Source of the DNA: Camelus dromedarius
Lineage: Eukaryota
NCBI RefSeq assembly: GCF_036321535.1
Contig: NC_087436.1
Coordinates: 16,678,001-16,742,000 of the forward strand
Direction of reading: 5' to 3'
DNA: 64,000 nt
A program made the translations under genes and the position numbers. The notes below the pieces were generated by a model. The model searched no databases, was not told where the DNA came from, and worked only from the letters and a program-made list of their open reading frames with translations. Position 1 is the stretch's first letter; each line of letters opens with the position of its first letter. Below are positions 38,446 to 51,000 of the stretch, one piece after another.

Positions 38446-39849
38446 TCTAAAGTACATTTCCTGACTCTTGAAGACATAGAAATACCAGTAAATCCACACT
38501 AGACAGAAGATGGCAGTGTTGTTGAAGAAAAGGCCTAGGTTTTAATCCCAGTAAATGCAGGTGGATTGCAATACAAGGTGTTTGTACTTTGATAAAATTA
38601 GTGCTGTGGCAAATTAGTGACAAACCACTCATTTAGCAGGATTATGATATCCTGTTACAACAGTTATCTATTTTTCTGAGGTTGATAACATCATTTTATA
38701 TGACATTGCTTTACTGCAAAATGAGACAGAATCAAATGTGATCACCTAAAGCTCACACAAATATAGAAGTCATGCTAAGCTCAGGGCTTTCAAATGAATA
38801 ATAATTATTGTTATATTGGTTTCAGGTATTTTGAAAGCGTTTGCCTGGCTGTTGTTAAGTGACAACTTCCCCATACCTATTTGCAATTTGGCATGGCTAT
38901 TTTTAGTAAGGCAAAATTTTTCATTTTTTGCTTTCCAACTTTTTGAAATGAAGGAGCATTCAAGCATATATATTTTAATGGGCCTTAACAGCTTATCTTT
39001 AGCACTTGTTAATGGAATTTAATAATTTGGTCTTTGTTCTCTATCTTAAAAATATTTAATGAGTTAAAAGCTTATAGTGGGATTAAGATATGAAGTTTAA
39101 ATTTATGATCTGTTGTTTATCAGAGCAAACTAGAGGGTTAGCATTCAGTAAAGCAACTGCTTGTAAAGGCATTTGTTAAATCAAGGTTTTGTTTGGAGTG
39201 TTTTAACATATTTTACTTGGGTCTAGTACAATTCTCCTCCAGGGTCCCTTAGGTTCTTAGATTAGGCATGCTGCTTTTTATTGGAATACCCCTCTCCCCT
39301 CGGCATTTCTGGGAATATCTGCTATATGAAACTAACAAACTTCCAAACTAAATTGTCTTTCTGTCCCTTTGCAAAATTTCAGGGAAATATTAAGCTAGCA
39401 GAGAAAACAGAACCAGCCATGCCAGAGATGAAGCATGCAGACTGCCTGTTAACGCTACTACTCTCACAACACCCTGTTTTGTTTGTGTCATTTCCGCAGA
39501 GCTCACAGGCAATAGGGAGAAACCAGTGTGGCAGGGCAGGGCGGGAGGGCCTCTCCAGGAATGGAAATCAAAGCCTCCAGCCTTCGCAGTGCTGGGCTAC
39601 CTCCTTCCATGGCTGTCTACTTGCTCCCTGGTTACTGCGGCTCCTCCCAGGGGACGGCTGGAGTTTCACTTCATATGATACCCTCTTTCTTCCTTCATGA
39701 GGCCAGTTCCTCTCTTTGGCTATTCTTTTACAGCAGGACTCACTCCATATCATTATACCTTGGTCCCCCCACTCCCAAGCCCACCTGGCTAAACTACCTG
39801 TTCCTCTATCTTTGCAACGTCCTGCACTGTACCAGGAGCATCCCTCTGG

Positions 39850-40315
39850 CGGCCTCAGATCCCCAGCAGCCGCCGCAGTGACCTCCCTGCCCTTCCTCAG
39901 TTCCCACCTCAGGACTTTTACAGTTGCTGTCCCTCTGTCCTGACTGTTCTTCCCTGAGATAATCACATGACTAATTTGCTTAGTGCTCCCAAATCTTTTT
40001 TTATTCTAATGTTGTTTTCTCGGTGAGGGCTTCCCTGATCATCCTCTTTGGAATCAATATCCCCTCCATTTCCGCTCTGCCTGTCCCTAGCCTTCCTCCC
40101 TGTTTCCCGTTTTCTTTTCCTTCATAGCACTTACCGCCTTCTAATAACTACATACCTTACTTACTAATTTTGTTTATTGCTTGTCTCCCTACACTAGAAT
40201 GTAAACCCTACGGGGGCAGGAACTTTTGTCTGTTTTGTTCACTGCTGCATTTCTAGTGCCTAGAAAACGTCCCTGGCAGAAAGGAAGCCTGCAATAAATA
40301 TTCATTGAGTGAAGA
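39850..40315 (+). mobile_element. L2 LINE 3' end
   Basis: cttcatagcacttacc...cactagaatgtaaaccctacgggggcaggaacttttgtctgttttgttcactgctgcatttctagtgcctagaa...caataaatattcattgagtgaa. Confidence 0.9.
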
Positions 40316-41149
40316 GATGATGACATTTCCTGATGGAATGTTTCAAGTGATTAGAAATTTGTTCTTCTTTCTTCATTTTCTTTGAAATAATAGAAGGTAC
40401 ACACATGCAGTGAAGCAGCATACATGATTTTAAAGCATGGTAGATGTTTAAAAATATTTTATAAAAATCTTTGTATTCATAAGGTAACCAAAGACTTACA
40501 TAGCAATATAAGAATTAAATTCATATCCTGCTGTGTGTATAGGCTTAATAATAGAATCATTTTCAGATATAGATTAAGGCCAGCTGAGATCCTTCTGCAT
40601 CTTCTCATTGATGAGTTTATTATTCTTTGCTCAGTGTTTCCTCTAGGAGGCTGCAATGATTCTTTGGCTGTCGGGCCACTAGGCAACATTGCCAGAAGGT
40701 GCTGGCCATTTTTACTCCCTCCCTTCCCTTCTCTTTGCCAACCTTGAAAAGTACAAGAGGCGTAACATAGTCTACAGAACACTAGTCAAATTGTGCTTTC
40801 TCTGAGGTGCTGGCCGAGGTTTTGTACGTAAGAGCTATGCAGTAGAAAAATTTGTGCTTAAAGGAAAGGTATTCTGAGGGCACTTTATCAGACACCCTGC
40901 GCTCTAACCAAACTGTAAAGCCTTCTTTTCTTCATAAATACCATTTATAAATTGGCCTTATTCCAAGACCCTCCCCCCCTCATGTACAGAACTTTTCTGT
41001 CTTCATAGATTCAAATTTTCCTCACTCTTTAAGGTTCAATTCAAAGGTTACCCCTTCCTTATTTTTGTCTCTGACCTTCCCGGATGGAAAGAGCTTTCTA
41101 ACTTCTTTCCACACAAAGCACTTTGATTAGATATGCATTAAATGTTTAA

Positions 41150-41770
41150 AAAATTTATTTTGGTTTTGTTCTTTATATTTACAGTTGTTTTTTCTTGATT
41201 ACAAAATAATAAAAAATTATTATCATCATTAGAAATTCAAACCATACAGAAAAATATGATACAGAAAGAGAAAAATACCCTGTCACCTTGGCCCCTGGAA
41301 TATTCATGTTAAGAGTCTGGTGTAGACTCTTCCAGATTCCTGCCCTAACATAGGATTGACGTTAGAAGTTAGCTAGGCATTGAGTGGAGACCAGGGCTCA
41401 AGGCATGTGTTCTTATGAGACACGTTGAAAAAGCTGGAGACTCGGTGCGGTGCTAGAGCAAGGCGTGTGAGGTGGGCGTGAGAGGTGAAGGGCGGAGGCA
41501 GGGACTTTGAGTGCCGTGTGTGCGCATGCGTGCCCTCGTGCACACGTACGCACTTGGGCCCATTTTAAAGAAATTGGATCATACTATGCATTATCTCCCA
41601 AAATTTACCTTTTCACAGGAAGATCTTCCCTTATCAGTTCGTTGAGATATTGTTTATCCTTTTAAGAACAGCTATGGAGTACTACTCTATTATTTGTTTG
41701 TTAAATTTTATATATATATATAAAGTTTGTTTCACCAAACCACTATGGGTTTGAGTTGTTTCCAGTTTTA
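41150..41770 (-). mobile_element. L1ME-like 3' end, interrupted at about 41350-41520 by L2-like sequence
   Basis: ttgattacaaaataata...aaattcaaaccatacagaaaaatat, ggatcatactatgcat and ttgagttgtttccagtttt. Confidence 0.6.
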
Positions 41771-42866
41771 GATCTGCATTAAGTGTTGATCTTGCATTTC
41801 AAGGAATTTATACGCCAGCAGAAGAGGGAGACCGATATGCTAATAACTATGTCACAAGGTAAAGGCTGGTCTAACAAATAGAGTGTAATTGGCAAATACT
41901 GGGAAAGCAGTAGAGATTATCCTGTTTCTCCTCTTTTTTTTTCATTTTCCAGATCTGTGACATGGAGGAACTGGACTAGATGCGCTGTCCAACTCCCTTT
42001 CCCTGCTGCTACATCTTTTTTTTTTTTTTTTTAATGGTTCTATGAATTCTTGAAATCCTCCCTCCCACTTTCCTGCCAGAAGTTTCCAAGAATCATAAAT
42101 TAATCCTGCCAGGAAAATGAGTGAAATAAATGACTTCCTTTTTTCTCCCCCTCTGGCATGCTTCTGGTCCCCCATTACCCTTCTTTTCTTTTTCCTCTCT
42201 CTCTCCAGAAGACTGCACCTTTGGCCTTCCAAGGGGAGACTGCAACTGGGCCTTTCAAAATGGTACTAAATGATCGTGTGTGAAAACAAGGCTATACTTT
42301 TTTTTTCTTTATTTTTTTTAGCCAATAGGTTAATACAGATGTTGGCAGGAGAAAAGAAAATTAAGATGCCTCTGGTGATTGTGATTCAGGATTCATGAAC
42401 TATTTGCTGGAGAAAAAAAATACCCTTGAGCATCCCCTAAGGAGGCAAGGAAATGGGCCCTTATGGTAATCCACACAAATACAGATGGCTGGGAAGCGCT
42501 AAGCCCACTTATGGGAACAGTTGCCAAGCAGAGGTGCTCAGAGATTGCCTAGTACAGTGAATATAAGACAAGATCTTCACAAAGTTTCTGAGGCCATAAC
42601 TGATTCTTCCTACTGAAGAATAATACTGGCTGTCTACTGAAAATAAAGATGAGGTGCTCCCACTGCCTAATTCTAACTCTTGAATCCCAGCTGTTGAAAC
42701 AGGGGTTGGAGTTCCCCCACTCCCCTCCTGACATTTGTTTTCTGTCATGTGCAAGTTTGCTTCTGGCTCTGATGGAAGCCTCCCCACGCTCTCTTCCTGA
42801 AGTGTTCTGCAGCAGGTGCTTAGTCTCCTTATTATTCCTTGTGCTTACTTTTTGGCTTAGTCTGTT

Positions 42867-43010
42867 TTTTTTTTTTAAATTTTTATTATTTTTTTTTTAA
42901 TGGGGGGTGGTAATTAGGTTTATTTCTCTACTTAATGGAGGAATTGGGAATTGAACCCAGGATCTCATGCGTGCTAGGCATGCTCTCTACCAGTGAGCTA
43001 TACCGTCTGC
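42867..43010 (-). mobile_element. tRNA-Ala-derived camelid SINE (vic-1-like)
   Basis: ggtaattaggtttattt...gggaattgaacccaggatctcatgcgtgctaggcatgctctctaccagtgagctatacc. TSD agtctgtt at 42859-42866 and 43012-43019. Confidence 0.92.
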
Positions 43011-43989
43011 CAGTCTGTTCTTATTTGAACAGAGTCATGAATGGACTAACTCTCTCTGGATTTGGTTCACCTCAGAGAAGACTCAGATGTGTTTTCCTTT
43101 CTGGACAGGAAGAGCTCTTCTCCGCCTTTTGCTCTAAGACTTGCCCATTGGCAATGTTCAGGATTCTTGGCTAGACCCCAGCTTGGCCTACTGTGTGTTG
43201 GATGAAGTTGATAACGGATGTCAACAAAAGGAAAATGCCACTCCGCATAAGAGATAGTAAGCTTTTCCCCTTTCTCTACATGTTACTTTGCTGTTTTATT
43301 CAAAGAAAAATGCTTTTCAGGTTCATACCAGAATATAGAAGAAAAAGGTAACTTTTTGCTATTATTTAAATCAATTAATCAGAAACTCATCCAGAAAGGA
43401 AGGTCAATTGGATTTGACCTAATGAGTCTTTTATGCAGGCTGGTTGGAAAGAGAGCCACAGGATCATGCTCTGATTCTCCTACAATCCTGATTGTGGGCT
43501 CAAACTTTTCATTGACCAAGACAAAGCCTTTCCTGGACAGAGAAATCACCTATTCAAAGTTTCCCACCAAAAGCTCTAACTCTTGTGGCAGCACCAGAGG
43601 ATACTCTGAATATCATCCATTTCATTAATTTCTCATGGAGCAGAATGACACCTACTGCTATCATACGCTATTTTCATAAAATTTAATGGACTTATTTCTG
43701 AGAGCAGAACTGATAAAGGTGATTACCCCAGGGAGTAGGAGTGAAGAATTCATATATTTGGATTGATCCAGAGTTGCGTTTTGTAGGATGAGTAAGAAGA
43801 ACAGGAAGGCAAGAGAGATGAGGAAATGTTGAGGCTGAAACTCAAGGAATCTAAGGATGGACCTTTAGCTCAAAGAAGAGCTAACAGATTGAGAATAAAT
43901 GGGGAGGGGAGTGTTCCAAAGGGGTCAGGCATCAATGAGGGAATTAATGTCAGATTTCAGAGTAAATGAGAAGTCCTACATGACTACAC

Positions 43990-44995
43990 GTAGTACATGC
44001 TTTGCGAGAAGAGCTACAATATCTAGGACTGGAGAAGCAGACTGGGCCAGACTCTGAGGGACTTGTATGTCTGTTTAAGGAGCTTGAACTTCATCTGAAA
44101 GCAGCCGAGGTGGAGCAATGGAAATCTTTACATTGGGAAGTGACAGGGTCACCAGTTGCTTTTAAGATCCAGTGTGTGAATGCTTGCAGGATGAGGAGAA
44201 ATTGCTGGCCAGAGACTAGGTGAGAGGTTCTTTCATCAATCCATTCACTAAGGAAGGCGTGGTTGGTCTAAGGGCAGAGGCAATGCTATAGGAAAGAGAT
44301 TTGATTTGTGAAGCATTTCTATGATAGAACTGAGTTTTGGTGACTCATTTTGGTGGTCAGGGGTGAAAGAAAGAGGAAGCCCAGAATAGCCCCAGGTTTT
44401 TACACTTGGAGTATCACCATTCATTGAAATAGGAAACATAGGAAAGATGGGTTTTAAAATGGGATTGGGTAAGGCAAACCTAAAATAAGGTTTGGTCATG
44501 GTGTCTGAAAAGAATCTGTGGAATGTAAAGGTGAATGTGTGTCTGGATCTTGGGAGAGACTGGGGCTGGGGATGAAGATTTAAAACTCGCAGGCCTGTGG
44601 ATGCTCCCTGGGGTCAGAAAGGCAGGGGAGGGAGTAAATGGAAACTTGGATCTCATATGTAATCATGGGAACCTTTAGGAGCAGAGGTAGAGGTCATTCA
44701 GGAAGTAGGAGAGAAAAGTGGTCAGAGACAGAGGATGAGAAGCAGGAGCGAATGGGGCTCTGGAAAGCACTGGAAGAGATGGTTAAGAGCAATAAATGCT
44801 GCATAAGTTTCAGAGAGGCCAAGACAGAAAACAGAGCATTGGATCAGTGATTGGAAGGAGGCTGTTTTTGTTTTTCTGTATGACTGGTTGTTTTAACTAG
44901 AGCAGTTTCAGGGGAGTGCTGAGGCAATGAATTGAGGACTGTCTTTGTACTGAGAGGAAATAGGATAGAACTTGCCTTTGAGAAGTTTGGTGATG
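43990..44995 (-). mobile_element. L2 LINE internal fragment
   Basis: gggccagactctgagggacttgtatgtc...aaggagcttgaacttcatctgaa...agagcagtttcaggggagtg...tttgagaagtttgg. Confidence 0.8.
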
Positions 44996-46749
44996 ACATA
45001 GGTGTCTAGCAATAGAAAAAGTGAAATGGCTGGTGAAAGTCATTGCTGGATTCAAGTACCTAAAAAGCTTTACCCAATTTAAAGGGCTGTTGAGAGAGTT
45101 CGGTAGACGTAATCTTAGGGAAAACCCATGGGGAAGGTGAATTTCATCCTTAGAATGTCAAAATCCGTTTATCAGCAAGGGGTATTGTAAAGCAACGCTG
45201 CTGTGTGTTATTTTAAAGAATTAAATATTGCTCTTTTGTTTCCCTTATCCAACCACAAACATTTCCTTTGTTAAACGCAGAGCTGGTCCATGATGATGGT
45301 CCAGGACTGTATCAGGCACAGGCTTTGAGATCCCCCCCACCTCCAACAGGCAGTTTCCACGTCTTTCCTGACTCCTAGAGACCCTCTGAGAATGGGGTTA
45401 TCCATATATGAGGAGTTCAACTTCTTTAGTCCCTTTGGTTGCTCATTTCCTTGACACGGATAGACATACAGCCTTCTGTGGAATTCCTGCCCTGATCTCT
45501 TCAATGAGTGACATGTTAGCTATGAAGACTATGTCCAAGTTATTGTTTTAATAGACCTTTACTATCAGGCTCAAATAAATCATGACTACTTCACACTGGT
45601 TGGAAGACAGATTTCGATTTAATGGGAGGGCCCAACTAAGTCACAGTATAACATATGGAAAATTTACCTCGTTTTAATGCCATATTTCTTTCTAAATTGC
45701 TCTGATGAGTGTTTTGTTTTTTTTTTTTTAGAAGGCTCATGAAAGTAGTAGAGTATTTTTAAAAGTTAAGACTTTATGACAGGCTTCAAAAATACCTGAA
45801 AGTCAGTATATATGCTCCAACTTAATAGTTCCATATCATAATACCCATAATAGATTTTAAAAACCTTTCTTGGCAATTAAAAAATTAAGTAATGCTAAAG
45901 AAATATTTTTTTAAAAACCTGTAAAACCAAATGAAATGTGTCAAGATTATTAGACAGAAGCTGAAAATGAATATGTGGGTTGGAGAATAAGGGCAGACTT
46001 TTTATTTAAAGCTGTCTAAAGTTTAGACAATGTGAAATTATTAATCAGGATAATTCTTTCCTCTTGCAACCGAAGGAAATAATTCTCCCAATGGTTATGG
46101 ATCTGCCTCCTTGTGTTTATGATAATGTGACCTCTAAAACCACAGGTCATGGGAGTAACTCTAAATAAAATTTCAGACCAGGTAAAATGTTGTTTTCAGT
46201 ACTTTCAGGCCCTTCTTTTTGTCTCCTTTTCCAGGGCTCTCTCAGATTCTTTCTGGCAGCTTGCCCTGCTTCTTAGAAAAGAGTCAGGTCAGGGTAATTT
46301 CCAGCTTAAATAGAATTTGTCCATGTTTTACCTCTCCTAAAGGAATTTACGTGTAAAATTTTATTTTTAATTATTGTCTGCAAGACTGGCTTTGTCTTTT
46401 GTCAGATTTTCAGGAATCAGTCAATTGGTGAAAGGTCTTTTCTGGGAAAAAGGGAGCCCCCGGGCATCTTTAATATCATATCATGTAGATTGTAACTTAC
46501 CATAAACATCTACTCGGGACTGGCGTGGTTTTAACAAGTGAGCTGGAAGTGTGACTGTGTTTGCAACGTCTATAAAATAAGATGAGCTGCATGGGTGTTA
46601 GTCTAGAGAGAGCTGGGTCTGCTTCCTCTCACTTGCTTTATTTAATCCTCAACCCACAAGACCCAACTTCTTCCCCTCTCCACTTCCCTCAGACTCACTT
46701 ATGGCTCCTTAATTTATCACATCTGGTAGACATTTATTTTTCCCCTGTG

Positions 46750-47810
46750 CTTTTTCACATCCTGGCAGCGACACTTGGTACTGGCGAACATTCGCTCCTC
46801 TGTCTGGTCTCCGTGACTTTGAGCCTCTCCCTAGGAATTCTGCTGCCTTCTTTTAGGTCCCTTCTTTTTTCATCTCCACACTCTAGCTGGGCAAACTCGT
46901 TCATGCCCATCATTTCTATCCTCATCACATCCAAATCTCTACCTTTAGCTCAAATCTCTCTCCAGACCTCCAGATCCAACGTCTGCACCTGGAAATTCCA
47001 CAGACAACTCACGTGTCCTCAGCCAAAGTCACGAACCTTCTCTTCCTCCCTTCATCTTTCACCTGTTTTAATCAAGATAGAAACTTTGCAGTTATTCTTG
47101 TTTCCTTCTTCTTTCTCATGCCTACATCTAATCAATGATCAAATTCCTAAATATGTGTTTCAGCATTCCTTCATTTCTACTTACGAAGACTCCTGCTTTA
47201 TTTTAAGCACTCACTGTCTCCAGTCTGGGGTTCTTGCTCTGCCTCTCCTCTGAGCCAGGCTTTGTTTTGTGGCTCGAGTGACCTTTCCAAACTTGGAATC
47301 AGTTATTATTGGTTTCATTTGTCATGATTCTTCATGTAGCACCTGTAGAATAAAGTCTGAATTCTCTGGCCATGCATGATTGGTCTGTTTCCTATCACTC
47401 ACTCCAGTTTTCTCTCTCCATCTATATTTCATCCTTTAGCAATATCAATCTTTTTTTGCAGCATATCAAACAGGCTCTTTTATGCCCCCAGGTTTGGGCA
47501 AATGCCATTCCTTTTGCCTGGAGTGCCCTCTGATCCTTCCCAGGCTGAGAAAAAATTTCCATTCTTTTCCCTTTGTAAATTTTTGATTGGCCCTTCCAGG
47601 CAGACCCTGGTCCTCTTTCTTTCATGCTCCCATTGGACCTCTTACACTTTTAATATTTCTCCTGTTGTGCTGTATTGTAACTGTTGGTTTATATGACTGT
47701 ATTCCTACAAAACTACAAACTCCTGAAGGGAAGGGACTGTATATTTACAGGTTTCTACAACAGTGCTTAACATCTTTATTAGATATTTATTCGGTAAATT
47801 AATGTGTGAG
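46750..47810 (+). mobile_element. L2 LINE fragment including 3' end
   Basis: cccaaatct-like ctctctccagacctccagatcc, gtagaataaagtctgaattc and aaactcctgaagggaagggactgt. Confidence 0.8.
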
Positions 47811-48359
47811 TTATGCATTTGAAATGCATAAAAAATGTTTTTATTTTTTTCCCCCAAAGTGTTGGGACCCTTCAAAAGAAGCTCAAGTTCTAAGTTCTTC
47901 ACCGTAATGCCCCTGTAAATATTCTTAACAAAGACCTCTTCTTTAATAATTATTTGTAGGACCTACCCATTTTATACTCTTTTAAATCACTCTGGTAGTT
48001 TCACAGTTATGGGCACTCAGAAGAGAGATAGGAACCACAAAGCATACAGTAATCAGGAAGGAAAGGGATCCCCAATAATGGCTCTGACTACTTCATTTTT
48101 ATTCTGGAAATAACATTTGATTTTTTTTAAGGCCCAATTATTGTGCTCAGAAGATACTGATCAAAAAAATATCTTATGAACACTCTAATTTATTTGGTCT
48201 TCCCAATAGGATGGCACCAAATACTTTGTAAACAATATTTCATCAGAATTACTTCCTTTTTTGGCTGTGATATTTAATTCTTAAGGGAAGCCAACATGTG
48301 CACAATCCATCACAGGCCAAAGAGCTGGAAGGCACCTTAGCGTCTTCTCTTGACAACCA

Positions 48360-48560
48360 TGGAGAATGTTTATTGAACAGTTACTACCAGGCAGGTACGA
48401 TTTTATCTGCTTTCATGTATTAATTCATTTCTTGAGGTGTGCGCTGTTATCACTGTTCGTTTTACAGGTCAGGAAATTGAGGCAAAGAGAAGTTAAGTAA
48501 TTTGTTCATAATTATAGAAATTAGGTGATAGAGCCAGGATTGGAACCTGTCTAGTTCAGT
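48360..48560 (-). mobile_element. MIR SINE
   Basis: tttattgaacagttactaccaggcag...ttttacaggtcaggaaattgaggcaaagagaagttaagtaatttg...agagccaggattggaacc. Confidence 0.85.
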
Positions 48561-50329
48561 CTGTTCATTTGACATATGAGAAAATGAAGACCCTTCAATG
48601 GCACATGCTTAATCACTAGGTACCCATTTCTACATTTTCACATAATTCATCGGTGTTTTTTGATTTATTCAGGGTATGTGTTACAGATTGGTAGCAGACT
48701 GTTGGAAATGGTACTTTTCCATAACCAGCGTTAGCCTCATTCAGTGGCTGTTAATAGCACAGAATACTTTCTTTTGAAAATTCTCTTTCAGTTCAGAATC
48801 AAAAAAAAAAAAAAAAAAAAGAAATCCCAAATAAAACACATACACACACACGAACACTCTTGCAACGACCATTTTTAATCAGTGAGTCTCTTTGATCTTT
48901 GTGGGGATATAGAACAGGCCTGTGAATTCTAAGAACACTCATATGAACAGTATAACAAGATGCAGGGACATCATGTGTGATTATTACATGTGATTTGTTA
49001 GAATTTCCGAAATTTAACTTTGCTACAAAACTATTGTATGTCCACTTTATCCTCTTGTTCTGATACAAGAGCTTGAATTCCCTAGTTCCTGGCCTCATTC
49101 TGAGAGGCAGGCGACCCACAGGGGACTGCACATGTGAAGTTGCTATGGTGGTGATTTGCAAGGCTCACGAAGAAAGCTATTTCACTGTTTTCCGTGGGGA
49201 TTACAGAAATAATTGCCACACTGGTTTTTGTATCTTTAAAAGAGCAGTTCTTGGTGGTGGTGGGCTATTCTTTTAGCAGCATGTTTCAGCTTATTGAAAA
49301 GCTTTGCTGAACACAATATACCCACTTTAGTAGGTAAATAAAGACAATATTGTTGGAATAATGAAGTTCATGGGATGCCTCTTGTGGTAGGCCGATCTGT
49401 CAATCTGTGTCTAGTTGACTTTCTCAGCCCACCCGTTCTAATTACTGCTTTTCAGTTTCCTAGAATGGGGATCTGGGAAGGGGATTTGTTACAACTGAGT
49501 TATTTAAATGGAATTTTCCAAAAATACAGTATCTCCTCCTCAGGTCACAAATTCACTCCCCCATTCCTTCCTACTTCCTTTTAGAAGCTTTTGGCAGGCT
49601 GTGATTATGAACTGAAGGGCAGGTTTCAAGCACCGTCTATTTATGAAATGGTGAAGGCCAGTCAGTAAACTGTATGCATTTGGGATTTTTATCCTTTATT
49701 CTAATTTCATTTTCAGTTCTGCTGAACTTGAGGGTGTGAATTTATTTCAGGAAATAAGTTCATAAATGCGGAATATCAGACATGCTATCTGTCATCTGGC
49801 CATGTTAGTGATTAAAATTCGTGCTGACATTTGACTTAATATAGATTATCTGGTGGATGCTATAATCTCAATGTTTTGTGTCATCAAATAACTTCATACA
49901 GAATCTACTTTTTGAAAAAGATGTTAAAAGGTTAAATTGAAAGTCTGAAGGAAAAATTACCTTGAAAGTTGGCAGACCTGTGACATCATTTGTGTTGTTT
50001 TGTAAGGTGATAGATATCTTTGCAATATCCCTGCCCTTGCCCTCTTGGCCAGTGAGTGACTCAGAATCAGATATCCAAAAGGTACAAGTAGCTGGGATAT
50101 GATGGATATCAGAACAGTACAGATTTCTGTACATATCTTCTTTGATATGGGAGCCTGCTCTCTCGTATTGTGACTTATTTATAAAGGAAACACTGGAAGC
50201 AAATTTTCCTGCTTGATAAAATGCAAGATTCTTTTCTATTAACTCTGTTCTAAAAAGTTACAAACTTTACAAGGCTCATAATCCCTTTAAGCAGCCATCT
50301 TATCCTAATATTTTCCTTTCCCAAGCCTC

Positions 50330-51000
50330 CTTTCTCTGCCATACTTAAAATCTGTTACTTCCTGCAATTTTCATCACCCACTCATGTTGTCAGTTCCTTG
50401 TAGACTGGCTTACATCCTCACTCTGCTCTCTGAGTCACTGACAGTCTCCTCGCTGGCAAATCCAAGTGAGTATTTCTCTGTATTCATGTCTTTTTAAAGT
50501 TCACGTCTTTTCATGTTATTGATCATTCCTCATGGTCTTGTATTTCTTTGTAGGAAAAATAATATTAAAATGATTAACAAAATTAGTGCCAATAATAAAT
50601 AGAATTATAAATCATATAATGTATACTTTATAATATTTATTACTATTTTAATTCTTAGTGCTGAGAAGTTCTGGTTCTCCTACTTTCAAGTCAATTTCCT
50701 GCATCTTTTTAAAGGACTCCTACTATTTTTTTGCCACCTGTTCTCAGTAGGCATTTTCCAATTTACTTAGCCTGGAAATATTAGAGTCACTTTGACTCTT
50801 TGCTTGCTCTCCTCCCCTCGTGATTAGTCAATTAAACAGATCTTTTGAATCTTCTTGTGTAATGTTTTTCACACTCACTCTTTCCTTCCCATTACCACCC
50901 TCTAATCCTTGTCTTCATCACTTCCTGTCTGGACGGCTGCCTCCCAGGACTCCTCCTCCCAGGGTCGCCCACATATCACTGCTGGAGTGAACTGTTCTAT
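50330..51000 (+). mobile_element. Degenerate L2 fragments
   Basis: gagtcactttgactctttgc...tcttcatcacttcctgtctggac...gctggagtga. Confidence 0.5.

Noticed and set aside
46582..47253. 223-aa ORF, the longest in the window
   Set aside because: Ser/Leu-rich translation of pyrimidine-rich decayed L2 sequence.
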